A DNA stretch of 64,000 nt from Lingula anatina (GCA_051362555.1 CM120642.1:8308001-8372000); one strand, 5' to 3'. Numbered from the stretch's first letter, positions 50,001 to 64,000 are shown. Program-made: numbers and translations. Notes: generated from the sequence alone by a model not told the origin.

Positions 50001-51011
50001 TAAAAATGAACATTTTGCATTTTTTTATTGGCCAATATCTTATATTTTTTTCGTTTTATTTCTTATATAATCAAAGCCACCAACCACAATGACGACACGC
50101 TAGGATGTACAGCTATAATATCTATAACAGAGCGTGCTTCACCATATCTCTATCCATGCGTTTTGGAGTACAACATTATTGCTGCAGCAGTTATGTACAC
50201 CATATACAACACCGTTGGGACACTTCCAAATATCTCGGAAAAGAAGCCGCACAAGCCCAGTATTCATGAGACAATGGATGGAGTATCGAAGGGTTGCGAC
50301 AAGTCAAACGTAGGGCTGTTTTTGGGCATGCTGGTTGCCATCATCACCCTGATTTCCCTGAGCATTTATTTTGTCTTATTTGCAGAAGCTGGGAGGGATG
50401 GTTACCAATGGCTTTACTTAATTCCTTTTGAGTCGATGATGATTTTTGTGCTCATGGCGTCGCTAATAGCTGTCATAGTTGCTGTGTGGAAGATGAGGAT
50501 TTTGGACTATCGACAGGAGCAAGATGGGGGAGTCAGTGTATTTCTTATGCTTACGGGCACACTTGGTGGTTACATCGGCAACATATTTGTTGGGATTGCT
50601 TTGTTGCATGTTGTGTATACAATGGATACGACGCTCATTCTCACTCTTATTTCAACCTTCCTAAGTGTCATACAGATAACTATTCAAACTTTCTGTATTT
50701 TTGACGGAGGCAGACGACAGGTAGCAGACACAAATCACGTGATCCAGAAACCTGGGCGCTCGGCATTGGCACTATTGCTTATCTGCAACCTATGTTTGTG
50801 GGTCATTGAAACGCTGGCCGTTAAGAAGGCTTTTGAACATACGACTGTCTTTGAGGACTTATATGGTAACTTGCCTTGGAAAATCATTACTCATGCGACG
50901 ATTCCTCTAATAATATTTTATCGTTTCCACTCTGCAGCAGAACTATCAGGTATATGGAGTAGGGCATATGTTCCAAAAGTCATCGAACAAGTCGAAGTCA
51001 CAAAACTTTGA
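46510..51011 (+). CDS. Otopetrin proton channel paralogue B, ~546 aa
   Basis: Exons 46510-46541 (tentative first), 47345-47465, 47641-47881, 49044-49207, 49530-49677, 50077-51011. Motifs: HLGGRGISVYLRYG, FTFIQTFF, RFGFIHLMITNLCIW, ASPYLYPCVLEYN, GCDKSNVGLFLG, KPGR, LYGNLPW, PLIIFYRFHS. Confidence 0.94.
46600..46672. repeat. (TA)n microsatellite
   Basis: Read directly from the sequence. Confidence 0.95.
46978..47023. repeat. (CT)n microsatellite
   Basis: Read directly from the sequence. Confidence 0.95.
47056..47270 (-). mobile_element. ~215-bp PIF/Harbinger-like MITE, copy 2 (inverted)
   Basis: Reverse complement of 42124-42338, with a 3-bp ATT direct repeat on both flanks. Confidence 0.85.
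47975..48760. repeat. Degenerate satellite-like tandem array (~165-175-bp unit, ~3.5 copies) interrupted by a MITE
   Basis: The block cctagac.att..ag.aaggaag....aacttt.ggga.gata recurs at ~48003, ~48291, ~48463 and ~48624. The block gatgtgcatggg...ccctg..gg.ggatgat recurs three times. Confidence 0.75.
48097..48280 (+). mobile_element. ~215-bp MITE family, copy 3 (right end truncated)
   Basis: Matches 42124-42307; a terminus fragment at 48052-48095 precedes it. Confidence 0.8.
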
Positions 51012-52400
51012 ATTCCGTCTAAAATTATCTAAAGATATATATTTTACCAAGAGCGAAATCTATTGTACTGTATGTAAACAAAAAGGTCTGAGATATCCAC
51101 AGCAATTCTCCAGTACCTACTTGGGTCTATCAATACCTTATTGACCCATTTTAAAAATCCCTAAAACACCAGGGCGCATATAAAATCTGTAGGGTGTATA
51201 AAATACGTCCCAAACTTGAAATGTAACTTCTCGAACACTATCCCCTAAGATTCGACGATATTTCACTGTACAGTAAGTAACTGTATTGCCTTTGGTACTA
51301 GGAAATCCGTATTGCTTTTATTTTAATTTCATACCAAAAAGTGATTTATTTGAAGCTAAGAAAGAAGTAGCCTTTCTTAGCGGACGAGTGAAACGGGTCT
51401 TTTATTTTTATATAAAAATAGGTTATATGAACAACAAAGATTGTTAATTTTTAAACAACATTCTTATGTACAAGACGCCTTATGCACGGAAAAATATACC
51501 GATTTGCAGAATTGAAAACGATGTTCAAGAAGGAATGTCTTATCATTTCAAGACTTTAAAACCAGTTCCTATCCACTGCTTTAGTCTAAAAGCAACTAAA
51601 ATCCCGTAACGTGTTGGGGATATACCGGTTTTACCTTCTATTACCGGTGCCAATTGCAAACTTACTTACCTTATCTTGCATATCAATTTTATCAGCAGAA
51701 TATATATTTCCTAGACCCATTTCTTAATAAAATGTTCCATGAGGATGGATTGAATAAATTTTCTTTATTTTAGCAAAGGGATTCTAGTCTTTGTATTGGT
51801 GTTTAATATCTTCCTTTTTAATACACATCTATATATGCATTCACGTACGTACATAAAATTCATTTGATGAGGTTTCGCTTACTGGGAAGATGTAGCATTT
51901 ACGTAAAGTCAAGTGCTGTAAATCACCTATGCGATAATCCGCTGACATAATTACATTAGAAGTTTAGCCTACACAGCCCAAACACACAGTTGGAGGGTGC
52001 CTTGTAATGATGGACGCATTCCTCTGTTACATGATCTTTAAATATCCATAGTAATACATCATCTCCCGCCGCGATTCTGAGTAACCTGTATTTCTCCGCG
52101 CTGTTGCCTCGTGTTGGTGAAAACTATAGCTTAATTACTTAGCTTCAAGCCTTACTAGTGTTATGCTGAAAAGAGGCTATTCCGCGGAGAGTCAAGGTAA
52201 GCTGTGTTGGTAGGCGTTGGTAACAGAAGTTCTAGGACGAGGTTGCGGTGAGCTAGTGGAAACGTCAGTAAGAATCTTCTGCAATTATCGATCCTGGTTT
52301 TGGGTGTTTTGAGGTACCTACAACGACCTTTCAAGCATTATTCCATGCCTTGATGCCTTATGATATCAACGTGGTTTTACATGCACAGGTGGTGAAGAAC

Positions 52401-53758
52401 ATGGACAAAAACCCGGCCCAGACAGGCCACAGGCAAAGGTATTATAAATGGATACTCCCTGATCTTGTTATTACACATACATGTATGAAGTTGATTTAGC
52501 TGTTATGAAATGTTTGTGAGCTCCTGTTTAACATTAGGTAATAGTTTTTATAAATGAATAGCTCAAAAGCAACGTGGTGAAAAGTACCGGAAATTTATGC
52601 ACTGTGAATCGGGTAGTTTGTAGCTTTTATCAATCTCCGACTGCAGATTAAATCTGGTAATGCTACAGATTTGCTGTACCTCGTTCATAACATAATTAAG
52701 AGGCGTTCGCCCGCACGCATGCAAGTGTGTGCGTGTGTACGTGTTGTGTGAGGCTCTGAGAGTAAAAGTATTAACAGTTGCATTCTTTGCTTTAAATGCC
52801 AGCAACTGTTATATCTTCATTAAGTGATAGTCGACGCCCATCCTATCTTTGGAGTCAATCTATTAAGTGAGGCAATAAATCTGGGTACTTTGAGTTTCAT
52901 CCAAGCTTTGTGAACAACATATCTACATCACTGTAACGTTTTAGACAAATAAGACACAGTAGCGAGCCACGTTCAAAACACCTCCATACCGGTTACCTAA
53001 CTAATTTTTTCAAGACGCAGGTGAAAATGAAATCAAGAAAAAAGATAGAAAAATAAAAACGAAAAAAGCCGCTAACACCGCGGAGTGTCAGGTAGACCGT
53101 TCTCTTGGAAATACACACTTAAAACCTTTTCCAACTCTTCTCTTTTGCGTTTTTGGCAGCAGATCAAGGCTTGCTCAGTACGTAACCGTTGTTTCCCATA
53201 GCAAACCCAGCGGTCGATGAGCTGAGTAGAATAGCGCATTCATTTGGTCCCGTCGCGTTGTTACATAGGGTTAGTCTGGTAAACGTAAGAGGAAGGAATA
53301 TTTTTGCTGAGAAAGCACACAGATAGACAAAATATTAATAACCAAGGCAATAATCTTACCAGATTGAGTCTTTTGAAGAGTGGTATTCTATATCATTTAT
53401 TATGACTCATTTTAGAGCACCGGGCATATTTGTCATACGTTAATTTCTGTTGCTGTTTCGACCTATGGCAAGCACATGTAATCACTCTTGGTGTTGGCTC
53501 CAAGGGCATAGGAACCATGCAGAGACTGCAAATAAATTTGTTCAGGCAACGAAATTACATTGATTGTACTTTTGCGTTAAAATAAAAATCAACAGACCCT
53601 TGCCCACTAAAACGATATACATACAAAAGAGAGGCTGACAATCAAAATGAAAAGTAAATAAAGAAATAATTACATCTGTGGGCAATTGATACAAAAACTA
53701 ACGAAGCTACCCCCACCCAACCAAATAATACTTGTAATTGTCAGCTCCGTTAACGTTG

Positions 53759-53822
<64 letters not shown>

Positions 53823-56800
53823 TGAACCCATGCTAACTTCTCTCTGAGACCATGGAAGTTTATCTGTAGAGAAACTTTCATGCTGAGACAGTCCGTGAGT
53901 GCAGTGCTAGCACACACAAAGAAACCTCGCACTGACGCTAAGGACTGCAAGCACTATGGTTATGGGTTCTAAAATGGCCATTAAACAAAACATATGGTAC
54001 CGCATATCTATTTCAGGGCCCGTTGTTCGCAAGAGAAGAACATGCAGCTGTACGCAATATATAATGAGATATAATCACTTGCTTTCAAGTTCTTTATCAG
54101 TACATGTTCCAAAATTATAGTAAAAAAGCTTTATCTATAGTCACATTCTGCTTTAAGATTAGAAGTCGTAGACCCGTTACGACCAGCACTTCTGCGGGAA
54201 CGCGAATTATCCTTGTATATATGTATGAAGTGTTTTAGTTCATTGCAGGTAAAAGAAAATGCCAGGCTCGCGATTAAGGTACCACTAAAACACGCATTAG
54301 AACATATGGTTTAACAACTAAAGTGTGGGATATTCACATTAATAACCTCAAAATGTATCTCATATCCCAAGGTATATGTGCACTGTTAAAAAAGTGCAGC
54401 AAAAACAAATAATTTAGTAAAAAATGATATCCAGGATGGTGACATTAGGATCTTTTTCTCGACCTTAAGCCCCCAGTTTGATTTTACATCGGTGTTGTCA
54501 GTTGTTAATGAAATTGCCATCGAACAGGAAACCGAAATAGATCACAGCATTTAACTGCCCTGGCACATTTCAGCTATTGCGTTAATTTGATAAACGGGTC
54601 TAAGTTGTTCAAATGTAAAGCGAATTAAGTGACCGAAAAATAATTTAGTTTGGTGTTACCTCAGTTAGAATCTACCGTAAATCATATCTACTTTCAAGGT
54701 TTATGGTACTCAACAGTGATGATTAAATATCCCGCCATCGTAGCGTAGGCCATCCCCTCTTTTCATACAACCAATCTTCCGCTTATCCACCTACACACCA
54801 ATTCATCCACCACCACCCATTCTGCCGACCCACTCAACCATCTACTGACCCACTCAACCATCTACTGACCCACTCAACCATCATTTAGTGCATTCATTTA
54901 TCCACATTACCGAACATACACCCCTCTTCCCTTCTTCCTCTTTTATTTTAAAACATCCATTCGATTCCATTAATAACTTGAAAAAATAAAATAAATATCT
55001 ATAAAAAGAATACTACTTTTTTACAAAGCACTGGGAGAACACATCAGTTTCCTATTAATACCATCTGGATTGTTTCCTGTGAATACAGAGCATGCCTTAA
55101 ATCCGTAAAATTTCCAGTTCTTAGGCATCCAGAATATTTCAATATTAAATATGTGTTGATGGGGGATACAGGGGTCCAGGATATCTTTATATATACATGA
55201 ACATGAAGGGGGATACAAAGATTAAAATTTTTCCACGCCTGGCTCGGCGTGTGCGTGTGAAAGTATGTGAAACAGACAGAGCATGCTGAAAGCACCAGCA
55301 GGAGGCCATGTATGCGCCCTCCCTGTCCTTCCTTCGTGTACATCGTGTACGACATTTATGTTTTAGAAAGCTTTTCAGTATGGTTCAGTGGGATATGCGG
55401 ACACATGTTCTCGTAATTAACATTGCCATAAGGGAAATTCACTTAATGGTAACCTTTCGTAAATGAACTTGCAGGTGAGCTAACCTAAATTTTAAGTTCA
55501 AAAGCTCAGTGTAGTCATGTGCCAAATACTGTTGATCCAGGGATATAGTCAGGGACGCGTTTCCGTGAGAATATGCGCTAACATATTCCACATGGCCTGG
55601 TTCCCGTTTTTTAACACAGCATGGGAAAAAGACACTATCTGCGACTTACACAACCATATATCTATATCATGTCGTTTCAAATGTGTCTTGAATTTTATGT
55701 TGTCACGCCTCAAGTTTTGGGTGTTATGGGATAAAATAAATTACAAGATGTCTGTTATCATACAATAATTATCGTAGTACATCGAAAATGGAATCACGGC
55801 GACAGGTCAACTGTGTGAGACCGCTCTACGAATTTCTGGATAATGAAAATATCAAATAAACACTTGTTTAATAATTTAGGAGAGGAAAGCTTAAGGGGAG
55901 TTTTATTTTAAATTGATTTACAACTTTCAAGCTTTTCATCATTCTTTAAGGTCTGCCCTGACGCGCCAGCTCAGTAGTCTGTACGCCGTGTTTATTCTTA
56001 CCCTGGGTCTCATCTTCCCCCTGGCGGCGGTTCTAGAGAGGGAACGCGGAGTTAATCTCTACTTGGCAGAGGTAGGTTGTCTTGTGTGTTCAGACTGATT
56101 AGTGATCTTTGGAGAGAATTACATATTTCAACATGCATTTTCCTGTCGCGGCTTACTTTTCAAGTACAAGATTACATGTTTACAAGCATTTTTTCAGTGT
56201 TTTTTTTTACAAAAACCCATGTACTTTTATGTGATAGCAAGATTAGCGTCACTTTTACGATAAGGTTACACTACTTTCATTTGTCAAATATGGTGGTAAA
56301 TCGAAAGTTCAACAATGGAAAACAACCTTAACACTGAGATGTTAATTGAATTAAATGCTCCCTTTTAGGCGCTTCAAGTTTACCTGTACTTGGTGGCAAT
56401 AGCCTACCTTCTCTACCTGGAACTTTATTTACTGCGGGTCTACAATCCCAACAGACGACCTATACCAAAACGTCATGTGATCATTCACGTGGAAAAGGGA
56501 GACCCGTCGTACAGCAAGCATTTGGACCCTGAAGAGGAAGGGATAGAATTCACCGATAAAGAACGTCCAGAGGTGCATCATGGGGAACAGGGTATCAGCC
56601 ATTATCTGAGGCTGGGAGCAATACGTATGTCTTATTTCGATATAGTTTGGGTTCATTTATGCATGCAATATGATCATATTGTATCTACATTTTGCAAAAT
56701 ATATCAGTTTAAACAGCTGGTATGTTTTCTAAAGAGAGCTGAAAAAGGGAAATCATTCTGTGATACACATGTAGAACACTTCATAAATGGAGGCATATCT

Positions 56801-59277
56801 CCGATATTGCTTTTTAACAAATGACCACAAGAAATAATTCGGTACTATAATTAAAATGAACGCAACACTTGAGTTTGATATTAATTTTTAGGCCAGAATT
56901 TCAAGTCAACTAAAAAATAATGACAGACTAACAAGTACGATGCCGCTTCGAATGAAATATAACAAAATTTATCCAGGAATATTTTTGATGTTTTCTATTT
57001 AATTTGATAGAATTACAGGTTTTTCCACAACAGTGCATATTCACCACTTTTTGCAAGTTCCCTGTGACGTCACGCAGTGCCGATAACCTCATTTGAGACC
57101 ATCTAGGACGAATATAGTTGCCATAAACTGAGTGTGGAACATCTGCCTTGAATTGCACACTATAAATTATTATTATACTTTCAGTATTCGGCGTCGGTGC
57201 GCTGATCTACGATGGGTTCAGAATTGCCGAATTTGTGCTGGAGAACGGACAGGGTTGCCGCACCATAGCAGACCTGGTCATCACGTCATTACATCTCATC
57301 TTCACCTTCATTCAGACGTTTTTCCTGTTCAAGCACTGCACGGTGAGATGGACAAAGCTTAAATTAAGAACTAAAGCTTGTATCAAGGCAAAATTATTGG
57401 GAAACTTATATGTAAAAAGAAATGGTATTTTAAGTTTAGAATTCGAAGTGTACTCTTTGGCATTAATTAGAACTTACATGTAAACTTAGCAAATAATTTG
57501 AAAGTAAACAAGTATCAAAGGTTGTATTTGAGCGTGATGAATATCTTCACAAACGTGAAACTTAAGTATAATTATAAATACATCCCCTTTGTCAAGTAAT
57601 TATTTGTGTTAATAATATCTCAACATGATATCCTTATCTAATATTCTCTCAGTAGTATAAAATACATATATGTCTTATGGATATAAAAAGAACACAATTT
57701 CGTTGAATAATGAGGTCGATCAGTTCACCAATTAGCAAAAGCAACATTCACAAAGTTCACGCACAGGTTGCATTTGCTATATTGCAATAATTACATACCA
57801 CATATATAACGCAGGCACTCTACTGAACTTGTCATGAACTTATTAATCAATTGGTCAATCAAAACACGAGCACTTTTATTTAAAGATCGTGATAAACAAG
57901 CACAAGGCGTTTGCGAGATTCGGTGTGATGCATCTTTTGGTCACCAACCTCTGCGTGTGGCTGTTGTACGCGGTGCTGGAGACAGAAGAAGACTACAGGA
58001 AGGACACTTTGACACAATCTGAACTAGATGTTAATGACACTGGTGAGTTTTTCGGACCATCTTTCCAAAGTCGTTCACAAACTTTTTTTACCAATGCTTT
58101 AACCGTTTGTACTTCAATATTATTTCAGACCTCGGGCCATTATTTCAATAGGAGAATTCTCAGTTTTAAAAATATACTTTTAAAGTAAAGTAACAGAGAA
58201 GCTGAGGGAATATTTGATGCAACTTTTAAGTTAAACTTTAGAATCGACTGGTTAAACCAATGTGAATTGCAAGTAGCCCAAACGAGAATCTGGTGTCGTT
58301 TAAATTCAAATGTAGGTAAACCCTTTTATTATTTTTATTTATTTATTTATTTATTTATTTTTGTAGTAAAAGGTAACAACAGTGACGACAATGGACCTTT
58401 AGCCTGTTTTGCGGACGTCACAATCACGGATCAAGCATCCCCCTATTTGTATCCATGTGTGCTAGAATACAGCATCCTAGCTGCGGCGGTTACCTACGGC
58501 ATATACCTTAGCATTGGCACCGCTGCACCAGTGAGAGTAAAGATGCCACGGATTACCAAAGCCATACAAAACACGGTTCGCATGGGTTGCCAAAAATCGA
58601 ATATCGGACTTTTTCTCGGTATTCTTGTTATGATCCTGACACTGGTTGTCCTCAGTCTGTATTTTGCTTTTCATAATAACGACGCCATTGAGATTGAAAC
58701 AGCTGACGGTCTGTCTCTGATTCTATTCTCTTCATTAGAATTGCTGCTCTTGCTGCTGTCTTTGGTCGCCGCCATTGTCGGATTTTTCAGACTTAGGTCG
58801 TTGGATCATCGTGGTTGGAAATGGGGGACACTGAACGACGGGGTGATGTTAATTGGAACCGCCGGTGTCTATATATGCAACGTCCTCATATGCATCGCTC
58901 TCTTCCAAGTGTTTTTGGACCTTGACGTTACGGTCATACTCAGCCTTGTAGCGTCCCTGTTTGCCATCTTTCAAGCATCCTTTCAAACCCTGTTCATCAG
59001 CGATGGATGCAGACGATACGCCAAGGACAAGGAACAAGCCAATGAGAAGCCGGGACGTAGATCCGTGGTGTTTCTTCTCATCTGTAACCTATGTATGTGG
59101 ATCGTTGATACGTTAGCGGTGAAGAAGGCAGAAGAGCACAATGCCCTGTATGCTGATCTCTATGGCAACCTGTGTTGGAAAATTGTGACGCATCTGGCAG
59201 TGCCTTTGATAATCTACTACCGCTTTCACTCTGCTGCCACCTTGTGGATGATTTGGAGTAGAGCATACGAAATGTAA
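52401..59277 (+). CDS. Otopetrin proton channel paralogue C, ~546 aa
   Basis: Exons 52401-52438 (tentative first), 55951-56071, 56369-56624, 57185-57342, 57886-58042, 58367-59277. Motifs: HHGEQGISHYLRLGA, FTFIQTFF, RFGVMHLLVTNLCVW, ASPYLYPCVLEYS, GCQKSNIGLFLG, KPGR, LYGNLCW, PLIIYYRFHS. Confidence 0.94.
53761..53821. repeat. (AT)n microsatellite
   Basis: Read directly from the sequence. Confidence 0.95.
54827..54882. repeat. 20-bp minisatellite (gacccactcaaccatctact) x ~2.8
   Basis: Read directly from the sequence. Confidence 0.9.
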
Positions 59278-60094
59278 TCTGCTTCCTTCTTTCAATGTCA
59301 GACTCCAGAATTAGACGGCGAGCTCTTATTCAAATTTTGATGGCATATACATGTATCCAGAAACCAACAGCCCAACCTGAAGTTCCATATTGCCGCCATA
59401 CGTTCACCTTTGTTGTTCAAGAACCTGATGCAGTAGTTGGACATTTGATAATATATCTAAACCAGTAAGGGATCTCGTTTGAGAGTGTTTTCACGAAACA
59501 TTTCTGCATTTAACGGATCAATGAATCAAATGGATTTCATTGCACTGTTTATGACCAATGAAGCACCTTGGACGCAATGTATCCAAATACGACCCTGCCC
59601 CTTTCATCAGAGAAAATATTAGTGTTTATGAATACCGTTATTGACACAAACAGACTTTTCTCTCGTTGACACCAGGAAAAATATTTGGGCTCACAGTCTC
59701 TAGGACCACAGATACTTACAACTTTACCTCTTCTCTAAACTATTCAGGATGGTTGCCTAAATGTCTTTCGGCGAGGGGCGTAAGGTTCTTCTTGGGTAAC
59801 AAAAATAGCAATGCGGTAGGTGAACTTCTGCAGCATCGCCCGTGCAATGTGTATGATGACGCAGCTACCGCATTTTTACGAATGCCACCATACTACTAGC
59901 ATATTACGCAGTTATTCGCCGATAAGTTTAATAAGGCTGACAAAGCGTTTACTCGCTGTTAACACAAACTGTATTTTATTTATATATATTTGAAAGCATA
60001 TATCTAATTTTGTAATTTTTAAAGTTGTCTGAGTTTTTGATTTGGATTCTAGTTTGTTTCCAATGATGTTGAAACATGAGAATATTAATCTAAT

Positions 60095-60150
60095 TTTACA
60101 TGTATTTTACAATGGTTTGATATTTACATGTATTTTGCAATGGTTTGATA
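60095..60150. repeat. 28-bp tandem duplication
   Basis: tttacatgtatttt(a/g)caatggtttgata occurs twice. Confidence 0.85.
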
Positions 60151-62980
60151 TCTAGCTTTAGCTTTTGTTGGCCATTTTTAACATTTAGACGTAAATTCAA
60201 TGTGGTTTTCTGAAAGATTTTTCTATACTAAATATTGTACTTCACAGACATAAGAAATAAACGCTTCTTTTATAAATTATTAGTTACATACATTAGTCCG
60301 TCTGGTATATACGACAATATTTGCCCCGCAAACCTGCCTAGAATTCACAATTGTGACTGCGAGTTTTTAACGCTAACAACATTCTTCACAGCCCCCGGTT
60401 TGTTACCATGTCATGACTGCGCGTAAACAAACACTGACCCAGCCTGATTTGATCCCACACCCCCAAAATAGAAAAAAGAACTCGCGCATTAATATGCACC
60501 GACGGGGTAATTATAATGGGTTATTACTGTATAAAAAGAGGTGCAGCATATAAGCACGGGCCTCTCTCTAATAGAGAGCCCTTGGGTCATGCCTTGTTGA
60601 AAGGCTAAATAATTCAGCTTCATCAATCAACATTTACTTTAAATTAGAAAACGAGTAACAATTACGTCCCTTCTATAGCGCGGCAGCCTACTGTGCATAA
60701 AAAACAGGATGCAGTATCCTGAAGTGTAGGCAGGTTGTATTATAGTGTGAACTCGGTGCATTTGATACACTTTTAAATAGACTGGTTCAACCAGAGTTTT
60801 CTCCCCTTAAAATGTCTTCACGTACCCCCCCCCCCCCGCCCCCTTCCCCCCCCCCCCCAAACGCTTAACCATATGCATACAGTATCTTTTTCAAAATGGA
60901 TTTCTTATATTATTTTATGTTTGTTTTATGATTATAATATCTGGATGACTAAGAAAAGCAAAATTATGATTGGTATATGTTCGTAGATATACATGCATGG
61001 CGGCTCACGGAATGTACCGACAAGCAGGAGTTCCCTGTTTGAAGATATTTCTGGGTATTGTTTTTAGTTCATTGCTTACAGTTTTTGCTAGGCAAAGTCG
61101 CTAAGTTCACTGAATGCCGCTCTGATTGACACGGCAAAACTAATCCACTCTGTCTGGGTGATATCTATGCCAAAACATAATTTCTGGATAAACACTTTTG
61201 GTTATTGATATTACAGTAGAGCCCTAGTATAAAGGTTAAATAAATAAGAAATATTACCATTCAGGTTTATGAAGAATAACATGACATGTGACATGTGACG
61301 TATCACCTTTGCCACCAGATGTCGCAGAGGTTGCACAAACACAACATTATAGCCAATGTATCTTCCACAAAGGATATCGTCTTGGAAATTATGCATTTAT
61401 TATTATTATTATTAATTTTATAGAAAACGCACATTCGTTGCCCCGGGGTGCTGTTTGAACCATTAAAAGACCAAACCCGTTAACGCTACGTGCCTACCCT
61501 TTGTCTTTTTCTGCCAGTACAGGAAAGATTTATTGACGCATTTTGGCAAGGATGAGGTTCCTAATTGCGTATCGAACGTTCAATTTTCATGCTCACCACA
61601 ATTCCCTTTCCTTGTCAATTTCCTTTTGAATTACGTTAATATTTGCCAAAGAGAAAGGCAGCAAATAGACGGGAGAGATAGAATCAAATGCAGGTCTGTG
61701 GATATTACAGCGACTGTGTATTTGTTCAGTGATACTCTGTTAACATTTTGCGAAAGCCTCCTTGTCCAAGAAAGCAAATATCATTCATCGAGAGCTGTTG
61801 GCAAATACTCCTTGCTGGACCCTCCATATTAATCTTAAAATCCAATATTATGAATTCCGAGTCCTAGCATACTTGAAAGAGAGAGGTGCCAAGTGGTTTA
61901 ATTGATCAGTATCCGGAAAGAGCCGGAGACGAAAAGCAGAAGGGGTTTCCTCCATAGCAAATAATGGCTTTCTTTCCTTAAACCAATACAACTGCAGTGA
62001 TTTCCTAATAATCTCATACTGTCTGCTGCTTTTTCGATATGACTGGTGGCCTCAAATTTCTGTTCTCAATGTCTTTTCAGACATTTCTACTGCCAAAATT
62101 GATACACTTAGACTGACTTTATGACTAGGATTCAGACAATGCTACAAAAAAGGAGTACAGTAGTAGGAGGGAAAAACGCTCCTTTTAGTTAGATAATGTT
62201 GCAGTTCATTATCATTATTTTTATCTTTTAAATTGATTTTTTTTTGCCTTTGTAGTTTTTTCTACTCTTATTATCAACCTTTGCTACTTGGAGAAATATG
62301 GATCGAATATTCAGAGCGTTTTCTTCAGCAGGCATTACAGTATATACATGTATGTATTTGCAAGTTTACGATCAACTAAATGCCCTTAAAAGTCGTGTAG
62401 CTGATCACCAAGAAGGAAGGTCTAGCCGATGATAGAATGAAATGGACATAAAATTATGCTGAAGCGTAACACACCAGCACAAAACTGCAACCCAGACATA
62501 CAGATATTTTCTAAAGCGTATAGTCAGTGTTCTCCGTTTGATTAACTGCGAAAACACGCCACAGGTGCCTCTTCACCTTTCGGGATAATCTCTCAGCAGA
62601 GCAGAGCAAATATCCCATTACTTTTGCCCGATGTATTACAGCACCCTGCACACAGCCTAAGATTGCCACTTAACAGTCCGCCAAGAAGCAGATGCGTGCT
62701 GTCTCTTAAAGACGGCCAGGAAGGCGTGGAAGACGTGCTGTTACGTCATTCACTTTCTTTTACTGTCATTTTGTACGTATAAACTATTGATTTTACAGCG
62801 CAGCGATAATCAGGCTGCTCGATCTTCGCATCGATAGTCACGATCTTCGATTTTTTAATCCTATCGTCGATAGGCAAAGCAGGTTTTTAAAAGTGGCAAA
62901 ATAGGCCCACATGTAGCAGAGAGCTTTACCTGCATATTAATTCTACCTGTAAGACCTTGTTTGTTCAGCGGAAGAAAAGC

Positions 62981-63278
62981 AGATGTTATTTGGCCCGGTG
63001 CTACTACGACCTTCAGCGCGAGAGAGAGAGGCTAGTCACTAAGGTGTCACTTCTACCTTGAGTTTATACAAACGTGCAAATGCAGGCAAGAACAGACTGA
63101 GAATACAATAGGATGATGGGAAAAACTGAGATGTTATTTGGCCCGGTGCTACTACGACCTTCAGCGCGAGAGAGAGAGGCTAGTCACTAAGGTGTCACTT
63201 CTACCTTGAGTTTATACAAACGTGCAAATGCAGGCAAGAACAGACTGAGAATACAATAGGATGATGGGAAAAACTGAG
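62981..63278. repeat. Perfect 148-bp tandem duplication
   Basis: 62981-63128 is repeated at 63129-63276, with AG microhomology at the junction. Confidence 0.92.
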
Positions 63279-64000
63279 CAGAGGCGAAGTAGAAACAGGT
63301 ACGTCAATTTCACAGAACCGTATAACGTACGTAGCATATGTTTCCGTGTTTTCAAATGCTTTATGGCCTTGCTAATGTATTGATAGAGGGGTTTCTATTG
63401 TCGGAAAGTCATTTCCGTCGTGACCGATTCACATTTAGTGATGCGTGATCTACGGAAATACCAAGAATTTGTTATATTATCGCGTGAAAGCCCGAGGTGT
63501 ATTTCGAGCATCGTCTCACTGGGACCTCATGCATCTTCCACCAGCAAACAGCCAACCAAACATGATCAAACAAACTTTATCCTCTGGATGTGTAATACTT
63601 ATAATACCAAGTTAACTGACTTTTGACAACAGCACATTTGGAGTATGGTTTGTTAGACGCGGACAATAAGTTTATAGGACTGGTCTTGAGACTACGAAAA
63701 TAAATGAAATAATATATGTGAAAATATGTTATGGTCCATTAGACGTTTCACTTGAGATGGTTTGATAAGTGGTTTAGTATTTACACGTCCAGCCCTATTT
63801 AATGATAATGCTACCGGCATTATTACGGCTATTTTTTGAACTTGCGTCGGCTCTCATGGGCCATGCAAGCAATTCTCAACAGTTAACCTTAATTTCCGCT
63901 GATCGATTGATCATTTTTATACAGGCAGCTTTTACAAAAATCTAGACACGCACCCAACGCTACATCGACTGACTGGTTATTTTTTTTCTTTTTTTGTATT

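Noticed and set aside
54827-54882. Short repeats as a CRISPR-like array
   Set aside because: The units are contiguous with no spacers, the context is eukaryotic and there are no cas genes.
59300-64000. Possible further gene or fourth otopetrin after paralogue C
   Set aside because: Only short ORFs without recognisable motifs or a consistent exon chain were found.

Overview
AT-rich, intron-dense animal genomic DNA, probably from a marine invertebrate (inference only). Gene models were built by hand from GT-AG splice sites, and all stay in frame across every junction. (1) The 3' part of BRCA2 (+, 25..15629, 16 exons; helical domain, OB1-3, tower, C-terminal RAD51-binding motif). (2) Nested antisense inside one 7.8-kb BRCA2 intron, a complete ~1194-aa NLR with the architecture DZIP3-like HEPN - CARD - NACHT - LRR; its HEPN and NACHT motifs are degenerate. 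(3) A single-pass receptor PTP-like gene (+, ~20881..36262) in which both phosphatase domains lack the catalytic Cys and the C-terminus is a PDZ-type motif. (4) Three otopetrin proton-channel paralogues (one -, two +) with identical six-exon structure. (5) An intronic tRNA-Val(CAC)-like gene mutated at two invariant positions. (6) Several MITE families, a decayed copy of a BRCA2 exon downstream of the gene, a satellite-like array, local duplications and microsatellites.
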